DNA from: Tubiluchus corallicola
Taxonomy: Eukaryota > Animalia > Priapulida
Assembly (NCBI GenBank): GCA_030141605.1
Contig: JAQGDQ010000149.1
Coordinates: 1-64,000, forward strand
Length of the DNA: 64,000 bases
Direction of reading: 5' to 3'
The translations under genes and the position numbers were made by a program. The notes under the pieces are model-generated. The model ran no database searches and had not been told where the DNA came from. It was given only the letters and a program-made list of their open reading frames with translations. Positions within the stretch are counted from its first letter, which is position 1. Each line of letters opens with the position of its first letter. This document shows, piece by piece, positions 1 through 12,200 of this stretch.

Positions 1-2022
1 TGGCCAATAACACAAAAAACAAGTGTAATTCACTATATTTCTCAAAAAAAAACTGTAAGTATTATCATATTTAAACATTAGATTATTACTGAAACAATGT
101 AGTTATATTCTGTAATTGCAATATTATAGATTAGATATAAAATGTTGCGTGTACTAAAAATCAAAATATGTCTGTAAATAGTTAATTAATTAATCAAAGC
201 AGCATAGTCATAGAAGGATAGGGAAATGCCTGTCAACCAGTGAGGGACCTAAACCTTGCAATGGCCAATCAGGTACTTTCCATTTTCATGCTTAATTTTT
301 GTCCAAAGACTCTGGGAAATAATTTTATTGCAATATAAGTAAAAAATTCACTTTTACAACAAGTTTGGGCAGTAGTAGATTTTTTCATTGAAGATTCAGC
401 ATTTTGGTTGTCTGGAACAACGTTTAATCTTTCATATTACGCACACATCCTTGAATTACATTCTTTTTTTTGCGATGATTTGCTAGATAATTTTTTGCAG
501 TCAGGTGTATATAACAGTTATACTTTTTTTGGAATAAGTGGCAAATCGTTACACATCGTCCACTAATTTTTGTTTATAATTAAATCATGGGCGGCAATAA
601 GTGTCAGCGAGCAAAAGTAACTTTCCTAGCTTGCTTATCTCACATCTTCACGTTGTAGTCCTGACTAGTTCGCAACTGTCCATTGCCCAGCACCTCATTT
701 CTTCACTAATCAGGTTTTTGGTAATTGTTGCTTAATGGCATAGTGAGCCGTCAAGTTCTTTTTAGTCAGGTTAGTTAAGATTTATTACTTTGTAAATAAT
801 TGTCTGTACTAAGTAAGTTTATAACAATTGCATTTCTTTGTTTTTAACTACATAAAAGAAAATAAGAATTTTATTATAAATGCATAGATTGTAATATAAG
901 CTAACATAATATACTGTGTATCACATTATAGGCCAGTATTCATGTACGTATACATGATTTCATTTATGGGGCCACGGCTCTTCCATTTCAGCTAAATAAC
1001 AACCAGAATGTCATCAGTAAAATATTTAGCAGATGCAATGCGAGAGAATAATTGTTTACCTGGTAATGATAATAATAAAAATACTCCTGATCTGGCACTA
1101 TAAGAATGTTATGTTGTGTTTATGACACCCAATTCTAGTTAATGACAAACAATTTTTTATAATAAAGTTGAAATTAAGTTGTATTTTTGTACTGCCTGCA
1201 GGATAAATTTAATATCCAGTGGCTTGACATAAAAACCTGCGTATGACACAACGGCCTTTTAAAATAAAACTTCACAGGAATAATATAAATGGTGCTGGTA
1301 GAACTGCTGTTAAAATCGTTTTTATGAACACAAGCTTACACCTGGTCAAAGTTTTGTTGATGCTGTCGTTGTGAACTGCAGATAAATTATGTTACGCCAA
1401 AATTTTACAAAGATCTAAGGGTACTTTGACTTGAATTGCCAGGATACTCTAAAGACTCATTTTTGCAAAGAATGCATTGTGTAATTAGTCGTGAGATGTG
1501 GGGAATGTATTGGGCAAAGAACATGAATGAGAAGATGTCTTGTACATGTAACACATTATTCAAAAGTTTTTGATGAGAAGAGTGAAACTGTGTTAACATT
1601 AGAAGCCACTTGAAGATAATGTGAAGGTAAACGAAGAGTAGCAGCTTAATCAATGGCAATTCTAGAAATTTTCATATTTTTCTCAAAAGCAACACAGTTT
1701 CTGTTCTACATTCGATAAATACTACAAACATAGACATTGATTTGTGATGTTAACTAATCCTGCGACATTTTGAGCAACTGTTTTTTAAGAAGTTCTGCAC
1801 ATATCTGCACTTACTGTACAAGTTATTTTTGTACGTTCACCTGCATAAAAATGGCTTTATGATAAACCTTTCTTCCAACTGTATTAGGCTAACACAAGTG
1901 AATCGACTGAGTACTTTCTATGATCAGTCATGGTTATGGGGTTATGGTAAGCCACTACATCACACATACGAAATGATGACATCTTTGGTGCACTCATAGC
2001 ACGGATGGACTCTATTGAAGCA
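1..2022. repeat. Left arm of a large inverted duplication (truncated by the window edge)
   Basis: Reverse complement of 3578-5601: position 1 pairs with 5601, and the mirrored ORFs 1405-1659(-) and 3943-4197(+) give identical peptides. Confidence 0.97.
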
Positions 2023-2124
2023 AATGCTGATGTCCACTTGTGATATAATAATAAATATTTATAGTTTAGTATAGTACATAGTAATTATTTATTGACAGCA
2101 AGTCACAACATGCATAGATTAATG

Positions 2125-2189
2125 TAGGGCCCCAATGTTCATGGGGCTCCCAGGCAACTGTCCAGCACGCATATGTTAAGATAGCTCTG
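2125..2189 (+). mobile_element. Short GC-rich fragment resembling a MITE terminus
   Basis: GGGCCCC..GGGGCTCCCAGGCAACTGTCC...GTTAAGATAGCTCTG in an AT-rich background; family resemblance from memory only. Confidence 0.3.
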
Positions 2190-3247
2190 CAATTGCTTAT
2201 GTGGTTAAGGCAAACTAGTTAAAGAACTTCATTTTTGTGATATTAATTGAAACTTGAAGTGAATAGTGCAGATTGGTCAATTGGCAAGTTTTTTTTTAAT
2301 TGACCTTTCCCTAATAAATTACTGTCTGTGATATTGCAATTGCAAGATACACGCATGGCCTATTATGATGCTTCTATTATAAATTTATCTGTCTCTCATT
2401 TTACACTGTTTTTATTGTCATATGAGGTTAGGTGTACCATGTTGAACAAAGTATGCATGGTAACATGCAATGTTTGTTTTAATATGCCTTATAGTGTGCA
2501 CCATCGCAAGTGCTAATTTCGTGGTTATATTTTTGTTTGCCAAGAGTTGGAGGTCAGGAAAGAAAAAACTGCCTTATTTATTATTTCATGTGTCATAATG
2601 TGATGTGTACTTCTGGTGATACTTTTTGTATACGCCTGATGATTCTTAGAAAATTAATCAAAATTTCTAGTGTTATATATTGTAAAACCAAATGCAAAAA
2701 CTACATTACAGTAAATTTCTGTTTTTCTGTTTGTTTACCAATGAGAATGTATGATAAGCATTCAGTTATTTTCCCATAATATTTTATTTTATTCACTCTT
2801 AATGTTATCACCTGTTACCTATTTGTTTATCTAGTGCTGTATTTAATGCATCATTATTTTTGTGCTCATTTTATCTAAATGTAATGTATCACAATTTTGT
2901 AAATTAACATAAATTTTATTATTTATTCCATCACACAATAAATATTTGTTTGAATCGAATAAATTCATGCAAACTGAATTAACTTTTTGAGAATGTGTTA
3001 AACTGCATGTTTCTAAATTGGTAAGTGCATAGTGGGTACAGTACTTCTTCAGCCAGTTATAGCTGTATGATATATATATGTAAATAACTTCCTCACAACT
3101 ATTACAGAGCATGTACTGAAATATTGGGTGGGTCTGACAAAGAGAGTGTGATCTAGCTTAGGAAGGTATTTACAAAATAATACTTTGATATTTATTTATG
3201 AATTTGAGATTTTTTTGTAAGTTGTTCCAAGCCCAATGTTTATTCAG

Positions 3248-3561
3248 TAATTACCTTTGTGACAATTGTTTGCATGTGAGTAAGGCACTTAGTTACGTCT
3301 GTGTATCTGCACAACAAAACTAAAGCAGATCAAGTTGTAATCACAAAATCTGTTACTGTGTTAGGTGTGTACAAGACTTGGAGACCTGATGTTTTTTGCT
3401 TCAAAAGGTTTAAGGTCAAAGTGACAAAGGTGAGTTCTGGGTAGATTGACAGTCATATAGACTGATTATAGACTCATATAGAATCTACTATGACAATGAT
3501 ACCAAAAATGTAATAATTTCACTTCTGATGGTACGGATCTATGCCTCTGAGTGCCTTCTAG
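3248..3561 (+). mobile_element. Possible short non-autonomous Helentron/HINE-like element
   Basis: Starts TAATTACCT, contains AAGGTCAAAGTGACAAAGGTGA, ends GGATCTATGCCTCTGAGTGCCTTCTAG. Resembles CTAG-terminated rolling-circle repeats of marine animals; no database check. Confidence 0.4.
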
Positions 3562-3577
3562 GTGAGCAGATTCATTA

Positions 3578-5601
3578 TGCTTCAATAGAGTCCATCCGTG
3601 CTATGAGTGCACCAAAGATGTCATCATTTCGTATGTGTGATGTAGTGGCTTACCATGTAACCCCATAACCATGACTGATCATAGAAAGTACTCAGTCGAT
3701 TCACTTGTGTTAGCCTAATACAGTTGGAAGAAAGGTTTATCATAAAGCCATTTTGCTGCAGGTGAACGTACAAAAATAACTTGTACAGTAAGTGCAGATA
3801 TGTGCAGAACTTCTTAAAAAACAGTTGCTCAAAATGTCGCAGGATTAGTTAACATCACAAATCAATGTCTATGTTTGTAGTATTTATCGAATGTAGAACA
3901 GAAACTGTGTTGCTTTTGAGAAAAATATGAAAATTTCTAGAATTGCCATTGATTAAGCTGCTACTCTTCGTTTACCTTCACATTATCTTCAAGTGGCTTC
4001 TAATGTTAACACAGTTTCACTCTTCTCATCAAAAACTTTTGAATAATGTGTTACATGTACAAGACATCTTCTCATTCATGTTCTTTGCCCAATACATTCC
4101 CCACATCTCACGACTAATTACACAATGCATTCTTTGCAAAAATGAGTCTTTAGAGTATCCTGGCAATTCAAGTCAAAGTACCCTTAGATCTTTGTAAAAT
4201 TTTGGCGTAACATAATTTATCTGCAGTTCACAACGACAGCATCAACAAAACTTTGACCAGGTGTAAGCTTGTGTTCATAAAAACGATTTTAACAGCAGTT
4301 CTACCAGCACCATTTATATTATTCCTGTGAAGTTTTATTTTAAAAGGCCGTTGTGTCATACGCAGGTTTTTATGTCAAGCCACTGGATATTAAATTTATC
4401 CTGCAGGCAGTACAAAAATACAACTTAATTTCAACTTTATTATAAAAAATTGTTTGTCATTAACTAGAATTGGGTGTCATAAACACAACATAACATTCTT
4501 ATAGTGCCAGATCAGGAGTATTTTTATTATTATCATTACCAGGTAAACAATTATTCTCTCGCATTGCATCTGCTAAATATTTTACTGATGACATTCTGGT
4601 TGTTATTTAGCTGAAATGGAAGAGCCGTGGCCCCATAAATGAAATCATGTATACGTACATGAATACTGGCCTATAATGTGATACACAGTATATTATGTTA
4701 GCTTATATTACAATCTATGCATTTATAATAAAATTCTTATTTTCTTTTATGTAGTTAAAAACAAAGAAATGCAATTGTTATAAACTTACTTAGTACAGAC
4801 AATTATTTACAAAGTAATAAATCTTAACTAACCTGACTAAAAAGAACTTGACGGCTCACTATGCCATTAAGCAACAATTACCAAAAACCTGATTAGTGAA
4901 GAAATGAGGTGCTGGGCAATGGACAGTTGCGAACTAGTCAGGACTACAACGTGAAGATGTGAGATAAGCAAGCTAGGAAAGTTACTTTTGCTCGCTGACA
5001 CTTATTGCCGCCCATGATTTAATTATAAACAAAAATTAGTGGACGATGTGTAACGATTTGCCACTTATTCCAAAAAAAGTATAACTGTTATATACACCTG
5101 ACTGCAAAAAATTATCTAGCAAATCATCGCAAAAAAAAGAATGTAATTCAAGGATGTGTGCGTAATATGAAAGATTAAACGTTGTTCCAGACAACCAAAA
5201 TGCTGAATCTTCAATGAAAAAATCTACTACTGCCCAAACTTGTTGTAAAAGTGAATTTTTTACTTATATTGCAATAAAATTATTTCCCAGAGTCTTTGGA
5301 CAAAAATTAAGCATGAAAATGGAAAGTACCTGATTGGCCATTGCAAGGTTTAGGTCCCTCACTGGTTGACAGGCATTTCCCTATCCTTCTATGACTATGC
5401 TGCTTTGATTAATTAATTAACTATTTACAGACATATTTTGATTTTTAGTACACGCAACATTTTATATCTAATCTATAATATTGCAATTACAGAATATAAC
5501 TACATTGTTTCAGTAATAATCTAATGTTTAAATATGATAATACTTACAGTTTTTTTTTGAGAAATATAGTGAATTACACTTGTTTTTTGTGTTATTGGCC
5601 A
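3578..5601. repeat. Right arm of the large inverted duplication (may extend past 5601)
   Basis: Reverse complement of 1-2022. Only differences spotted: TA/GC at 1846-1847 vs 3755-3756, and a 2-nt indel near 3657. Confidence 0.97.
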
Positions 5602-6294
5602 AATAATGGCCAAGTAATGTTTATAAAGACTCAAAGAACTTTCAGAATATTGCTAAATTACATTATATAAATAACTGTAATCAAAAAGCTCTCCATGTAA
5701 AACAAAGAGTCATTGAAAAGTTTAGCAAATCATTGAATTTGCATGTAAACTAAGAAATCTACCAAATATGCTTTTAAAATTTCTATAATTGCTGTGCTCT
5801 GACGTATGTTACTACACCATTTGCACGTATTTGGGAGAATCATTGCATTTTGTAAATACTTCTTCTCAGTATAATAGTTCTTAGGTTATTGTCTAACAGC
5901 ATATCAAATCTCAAAAATAATTTGTTTATATACATGATATACGAAACCTTTAATCTACATTAGTATCTATAACACTATGCAAAATATAAAATTGTTTTGT
6001 GATGATGCCAAAATAACAACATGTTCATCAAGTTACATGCCAAGGTCTAATTCTGATCACCCTAAGGTGTTTACAGTGTCACGTGAACAGCTTACACTTA
6101 AGAACTATCCACAAATATTCAGTACAATGTCATTTTGTATGATGAATAAAAAATAACAAACCTGCATTACTGTTAGCACCTCTTCGTGATTGAAAAGCTA
6201 CGTATTCACAAACGCCATAATATTATTAAAATATTGGGACAAAACAGCCCATTCAAATGGATCAAGCTTTGATCTAGTTAAAAATTAATTTCAT

Positions 6295-8797
6295 TCACTT
6301 AATTACCGGTCTTTTTAATGCTGATGCGCGAGATTCTTCTCCTTTCAGTGATTTACCAGATGGTTCAGGAATGGTATTTAATATTTGTGAATTTTTGTTG
6401 GATCTTGAGCTCCGGTCAATAGTTGACCTGCTTACTCTGTTAGTTCTATCTCCATCGTAATTGAAATGACTGGTGCTTATAGCATGTTGTTGCAGCTTCT
6501 CTTGCACAGGTGCTTCAGGAAGAATATACCCATTTCTCAAGTCTTCTATATTGCCATTCCCGTGTACATGGTTAGTTACTGCCCCAGTTTGATTTGCTTG
6601 TGAATATCCGTTGACAAAATCTCTTTCATCTGGTTGTACACCTTGAATGCGGCCATGAAATGAATTAGCTCCTTTACCAATCGTATTTCTTTCTAGAGTT
6701 TTCTCGCGCTGTACAGGTGAAGGATGCTTAATGTAGTAATGTTCCTGGCTTGGGTACGTTTTGTAGTTTCTAGTGTCTACATACAATGGCTCCTTATGTC
6801 TGTCTGCTGTGTGGCGCACAGAAGGCATCTCAGTTGATCGAATGTATCTTGGTGAAGGTTGCTGAGGACTGTTGCTTCTGCTAGGTGAAGGATGCCTAGC
6901 TCTCCTGTAATGATCTATTCTGCCATTTGAGTCGTTTCTAGGTGAACTGCTTCTTCCATCGTGTATGTAGTCCTTATAAGTTGTTCTATAACCTCGGTTT
7001 TCATATGCAATCTGACCACCATCTATGTTAGCATCTCTGTGGCCATAACGCGGCGAACTCCTTTTCATTTCATCACTATATTGTGGAGGTGGTATCCCCA
7101 TTCTTTCATTCATTCCTGGTGAAGTTCTTTCTACACTTTGTTGATGCAGCCCATTTCGTTCATTTCCAAAAAAATCTGGTGAACCTTGTTGTTTCTGGTA
7201 TTGAAAATGTAAAGAAGACCTATTTTCCCTATAAGGTTTTCCTGAAGAATTACCATTCTTGTCTTCGTATTCTCTTTCAGTAAATCGATCCTCTTGACGG
7301 TTCATTGACTGTCTTCGTGGTAGCCTACTATTTCTAAGAATTGATGGCGAGTGCTTCGGATTTTCATTAGAATAAGAATAATGTGGGTCTCTATTGTCTG
7401 GGGACCAACGATGGTAGTGAGATCTGTCATTAATGTCGAATGGTGCTGAACCATTTGTGTAACGTCTTCTGTCATCCAACTGTCCCGTAGATTTATATTT
7501 TGGCTTATGTTTTGAATCTTTTGAAAGAAAGCTAAACCACCTGTCAATTTTCTTTGATAGCTTTGCTTTGTCAGGTTTCTCTCTGTACGGTTCCTCTCTG
7601 TATATAACTTTTTTATCTGTCTGTGTACCAGCAGTTCTCATGCTTTGTGTTCTGTCTATAGGGTTTTCGCGTCTTTCACGTTGAGGTGAATCTTCCCTTC
7701 GCAGAGTTGCTCTGTAGTTCCACTCTTGTGGTTGCACAATGGTTGATTTTATGTGGTGTTGGTCATAGCTTGATGATCTGATTTTGTCATCTTCCCCATG
7801 TCGGTTTGACATGTGCCTTGAGGACAAAGAAGGTTTTTTATAGTCGTTCCTATCCAGAGTTTGTGCTCGATACCTTTGTCTACCCTTATTAACGTTTACG
7901 TGGATGCCTGCATTGCCATTTATATGAAAATTGCGTTTCTCTTCGTGGTGCAGAAAGTGCTCACTTTGGTTTCTATGGTTACAATTTTCTGCATTGTCTT
8001 TTGTTTTGAGTAACAGTTCCGGTTGTGGTTGACGAGAAGTGGTATAGTTTCCATTTTGAATAAGGCGGTAGTGGTTGTTGTCATTTCCGTTTTCCATTAC
8101 TTCAATATTTGTCCGATAATAATCTATATCATTATTCTTCTCTTGTTTCCGATATTCTTTACTGTCTGTTATTGTGCTACCATCAGAAGAAGTGTCATAC
8201 ACATCAAATGTTGTTTCATAACCTGAAACAAAAACACTGTTGGTCCGCTTGCTATTTTCTTTTGCCTTTTCTTCTTTTTCTTGGGAAGTCTTTGTGATGT
8301 ACCTTTTATAGTATTCCTGATTCTCTTCTCTAGGCTTTGCATCAAAATTTATTTGATTGCTGTACGGAAACAGATAATGTCTATCCCTAGGACCTTGCTT
8401 ACGGTACATACTTGAATCATGACTAGTATCCGTAGCGTATCCACTGTTAACAACAGTTTGCGTTTTTGCAAACGATTTTGATTGTGGTTGGAGATTTTGT
8501 GAACTTATATATACATCTGGGGCAGGGTTCTTACTGGATTTTTGTGAGTCACTGTTGTAGCTTCTGGTCACCTGATCATTCCAAATCTCTGAGTACCTTC
8601 TTTCTGGTATTTGATGCATTTTGTTATCTTTATCTACCTTGGCATACATTGCGTAAGCTGCAGCATCACTTTTTGTTCTTTTGGGTCTGTTCTGAATGCG
8701 AGGGATGTCAAACCTGTGATAGTGTTCATCATCCATTAAAAGTCTGTTGTACATGCCACGATCATCTATGCTGTTTCTTGTTTCTTTACGAAATTCT
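6295..8797 (-). CDS. Large terminal coding exon of an uncharacterised R/S/N/D/H/Y-rich, probably disordered protein (~901 aa spliced)
   Basis: 2.5-kb stop-free frame in AT-rich DNA. The acceptor cattgcAG at 8798-8799 is phase 2 and matches the donor at 9069. The ORF-track start at 8811 is a TTG inside the intron. Confidence 0.85.
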
Positions 8798-9069
8798 CTG
8801 CAATGATTCAAGTAGCATAGTTAATATAAAACATAATTTGCATTGTTAGAAAATAAATGCGAGTGCTGTGTAGCAAGTGAGAGAAGAATCCAATTGGTGA
8901 CATTAAACTTTTTACACTGCATAAGTGCAGAGTTTTATCTTCTTTGACTTTCATGTTGTTTTTTTATATCCAGCCAAGACTCAAATTCTACTTCAATAAA
9001 TCTAATGGGTACATATTATAAATACTACATGTTTAGGTCGTACATATAGTGTCTTTTAATTAACTTTAC

Positions 9070-9280
9070 CTGGCCAGTGGAGATTTCGTTACATCTTCGT
9101 AGTGGTTATGTGGGTCAAGGTTATCAGGTGCATTGCGGTTGACATAAGCTCTACGCATGGACCACTCGTGCGTGGATTGCATATGTTCCTCACCAACATC
9201 GTCATGGTCTCTCCTCAGGCTTCTTTCGTTGCGCACTTGCAATCGCTGACTATCTTGTTCCAGTGGTCTCATTGGAAGTC
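9070..9280 (-). CDS. Upstream exon of the uncharacterised gene (likely ATG at 9272: MRPLEQDSQR...KSPLAR)
   Basis: Acceptor tttcAG (9281-9282) and donor CCAG|GTAAAG (9068-9069). Joins in frame to 8797 across a 272-nt intron; composition is similar to the terminal exon. Confidence 0.75.
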
Positions 9281-12200
9281 CTGAAATAGCAAATAGTAGT
9301 GAATAGTAATGTGTTCTGAACTTCAGCTGAAGAACATTCATTTTCTTAAGGGCACTTTTGTCGCAGTTATAGCCAATATGACGGAATATATGTTACATAG
9401 ACAACATTAATTTATACAAATTAATTGGTCTGCAAAAGCAGATTATTACAAGTGAAGTTTAGGTGTCGCAAGTAAGTTATAAGCTAAATGTCAGGCCTAG
9501 TTGTTATTGTCCCGCTAAGCCAAAATCAAATGTGGTTTGTATTCACGCGTAGTGCTCCCCAACTCCAAGTCAAGTATTCGTCGAAACTGAAATCTAGTTC
9601 TGACAATTTCTCACAAAATTCATTGTGTAATGTCTCCAACAATGCACCAGTTATCGTCTTTACCAGGGTTTTAGCATTCATTTTTTTCAATTGCATGTTT
9701 CGTTTTCTTTATAACTAGTACACTTTCATCATTTTTTCAATTCCCTTTCCATTTAGTTTTAATTTAGGTGAATTGAACGGGAACATGCTCTTGAAAGTAA
9801 CAGTTACGGAGAAGATTTTCTGTTATACCCGGTACCTTTTTAGTTGTTAGCATTGTGTTAGACATGAAAAAATTTGTTTTTTCAGCAGTTCGCATACCTA
9901 CACTTCACCTGGCCTTAATTATTTATTTAAACTCGGTTAGCGCCCGGCAAAGAGGATCTTTTTGTTGCTTTTTGTCCACCAATGGAAATGGATTCACTTA
10001 GCAAAACTGCAGGATATTAAAGATGGCATTATTAAATGCCGCACGCGTCTCAGTAGTAGCTTTGTCTCGCGTGAGTATATGCTACTAAAAGAAAACTTGA
10101 TACAGAACATTTTTCGCTTTAATACAGCAACGCTCATTCTGCTGTACTAGAAAAAAACTTTTGAAGCAACGATTACACCCATTAAACAACCAAGTTCGTG
10201 AAATATAAAACAGCGCCCTTGAGCTTTGGAGCGAGATCATCCCGGTTTTTAAGCAATCGGCCTTCAAAATAACTACTGCTGTCTTGCAGGTTTTCTTTGT
10301 AACTTATATAATATGTGCCTTTTGTGCAGTGCCCACGTTATTTTGAAATAACTAATGTGGTGATGCTACTGCCTGTTCGTGCATGTGAAAAAACCAATAG
10401 CTCACGCCTACTAACAACAAAAATGTTAAAGACTGACTTTTTTAAACAAATTAGTTTTATAGTATTTGCCTAGAGATGACTTTTGTTACAATAGTGTTTT
10501 AGATTGTACACACTGACTTGTTAGTTTATGCTTGCTTTCAGAACTCGCCTTTGAAAGCACGGTTCATTCGCTTTCACATTTACGTAATTATGTATTTGTG
10601 ATTCATTTGTTACAGTGAAATAAAACCACGTCAGAGACTAGTAACAGTGGCAATGACATCGACGACAATAACGACAAAACTGAAAAATCACAAGAAGTGT
10701 GAAATGTTTTTATAGGGATAGCTATCGATTTACGGGCGGGGCCATTTCTGACACTGAAATAATACAGCAAAATTGTGAACACACAATAATAAACGATACA
10801 AGCATTTATAAGCTATTAACAAGTGAGCTATAGAGTATGGAATAACAACAAGTAAAGCTTTCAATTTTGTGTCTTTTATGATTAATCTTGCTTAATCTAC
10901 TCTGGACAGCGTACTGATGTTTAAAATTTGACTTTTATCCCGTCTGGAATTTTTGCATTTGTTAACAAAAATGTCGAAAACGTCGATTTTGCAAAGTCAA
11001 TAAGTCTAAAGCAGCATTACGATACATTGCTATAGGTTGAATACGCAAACGAATGCTAGACCAGTTTACTTACAAACATTGGAATTCTTGTAAATTCTTG
11101 GAATTTTTTAAATTCCTTTGCATGCTTTTGCCGTGTTGTCGTGTATAGACTCAAGTGAGTTCATAATGATGCGGTGAATAGTATTACTAAGAAATCTTAA
11201 TAACTATACTAACTTATACACTAGTATATAAAGTTTTACAGTTGACCTACTGATACCCTTCAAAAATAACCTTGCTAAACGTCATGGGCGATAGAGATTT
11301 CTAAACATCTTTTAGGTGTGTAAAGAAAGTGAAGTATGCTATGATCAAAAACGAGGTTTGCATCAAGAGACTCAAGATAGGTCGCGAACTTCAACCATCC
11401 CACAGTCTTCTACCATATAGATAAGGAATTTCCATAGACCCCAAAAGGACACGCTTTCTTTGCATGCTCACTTTGAAGTGAGAGGGGTAAGCCTAATCTT
11501 AATTACTGCTACAGTGACTAGATTTTTACAATACGTTGTACATTAAAAAGCAAGTTGATTTGATCCTGCCGAGTCATACATTATATTTCTAGAATGAAAG
11601 TCGACTTATTGACACCACTTTGCAATGAGAGAATTCCAGAATGCTAGTTAATCAAGCAAACAGCACAACTCTATCTTAGTCTGAAGAGTAAACTGTTGGG
11701 TGAAAGTCTTTATGACAAACAGCGAAATGTAAGTAAGCAAAATGAACACGATTTGAAGCCACTTTGCCAAGTGAAAGTAAACAAATTATTTGTAAGGCTG
11801 ATTGTTTTTTATTCGGGTCAGCGATAAACAGTTTTTATTTATAGGCATTAGTGAATAGATTCAGCACAGAAACTGTCTATTAAAGACCTTCTTATCACAA
11901 ACAGCTCTTTCTATTAATTTAATTTGAACTTGGTCATTATAAACTGCGCTGCTTTAAAGTCCCCATCCTGTTTGTATTTAGGCCTATATTTGAATTCGTG
12001 TACTAATTAATAACTTATTACTCTTCTTATTTTCTAATAGGAAGATGATTTATTCGTACATAGTGAGCAGTAGTCACGACTGTATAGACCTTAAGCGCTC
12101 GCATATAGTGAAAGTTTCGGAACTTCATTATGACTGTTTGTTTACATGAAAATATATTGAAGGACTTTCAGGAAATCTGCGCGGATTTTCCTAGTTGCAA

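Noticed and set aside
1405-4197. Identical 84-aa ORFs at 1405-1659(-) and 3943-4197(+)
   Set aside because: A by-product of the inverted duplication: TTG start, no recognisable protein features.
7083-8849. Short ORFs overlapping the long orphan exon
   Set aside because: Antisense or alternative-frame shadows of the real CDS.
9527-9681. Minus-strand ORF MNAKTLVKTITGALL... as a coding first exon of the orphan gene
   Set aside because: Its plausible donors are phase 0 while the 9280 exon needs phase 1; splicing gives an immediate stop, so at most a uORF.
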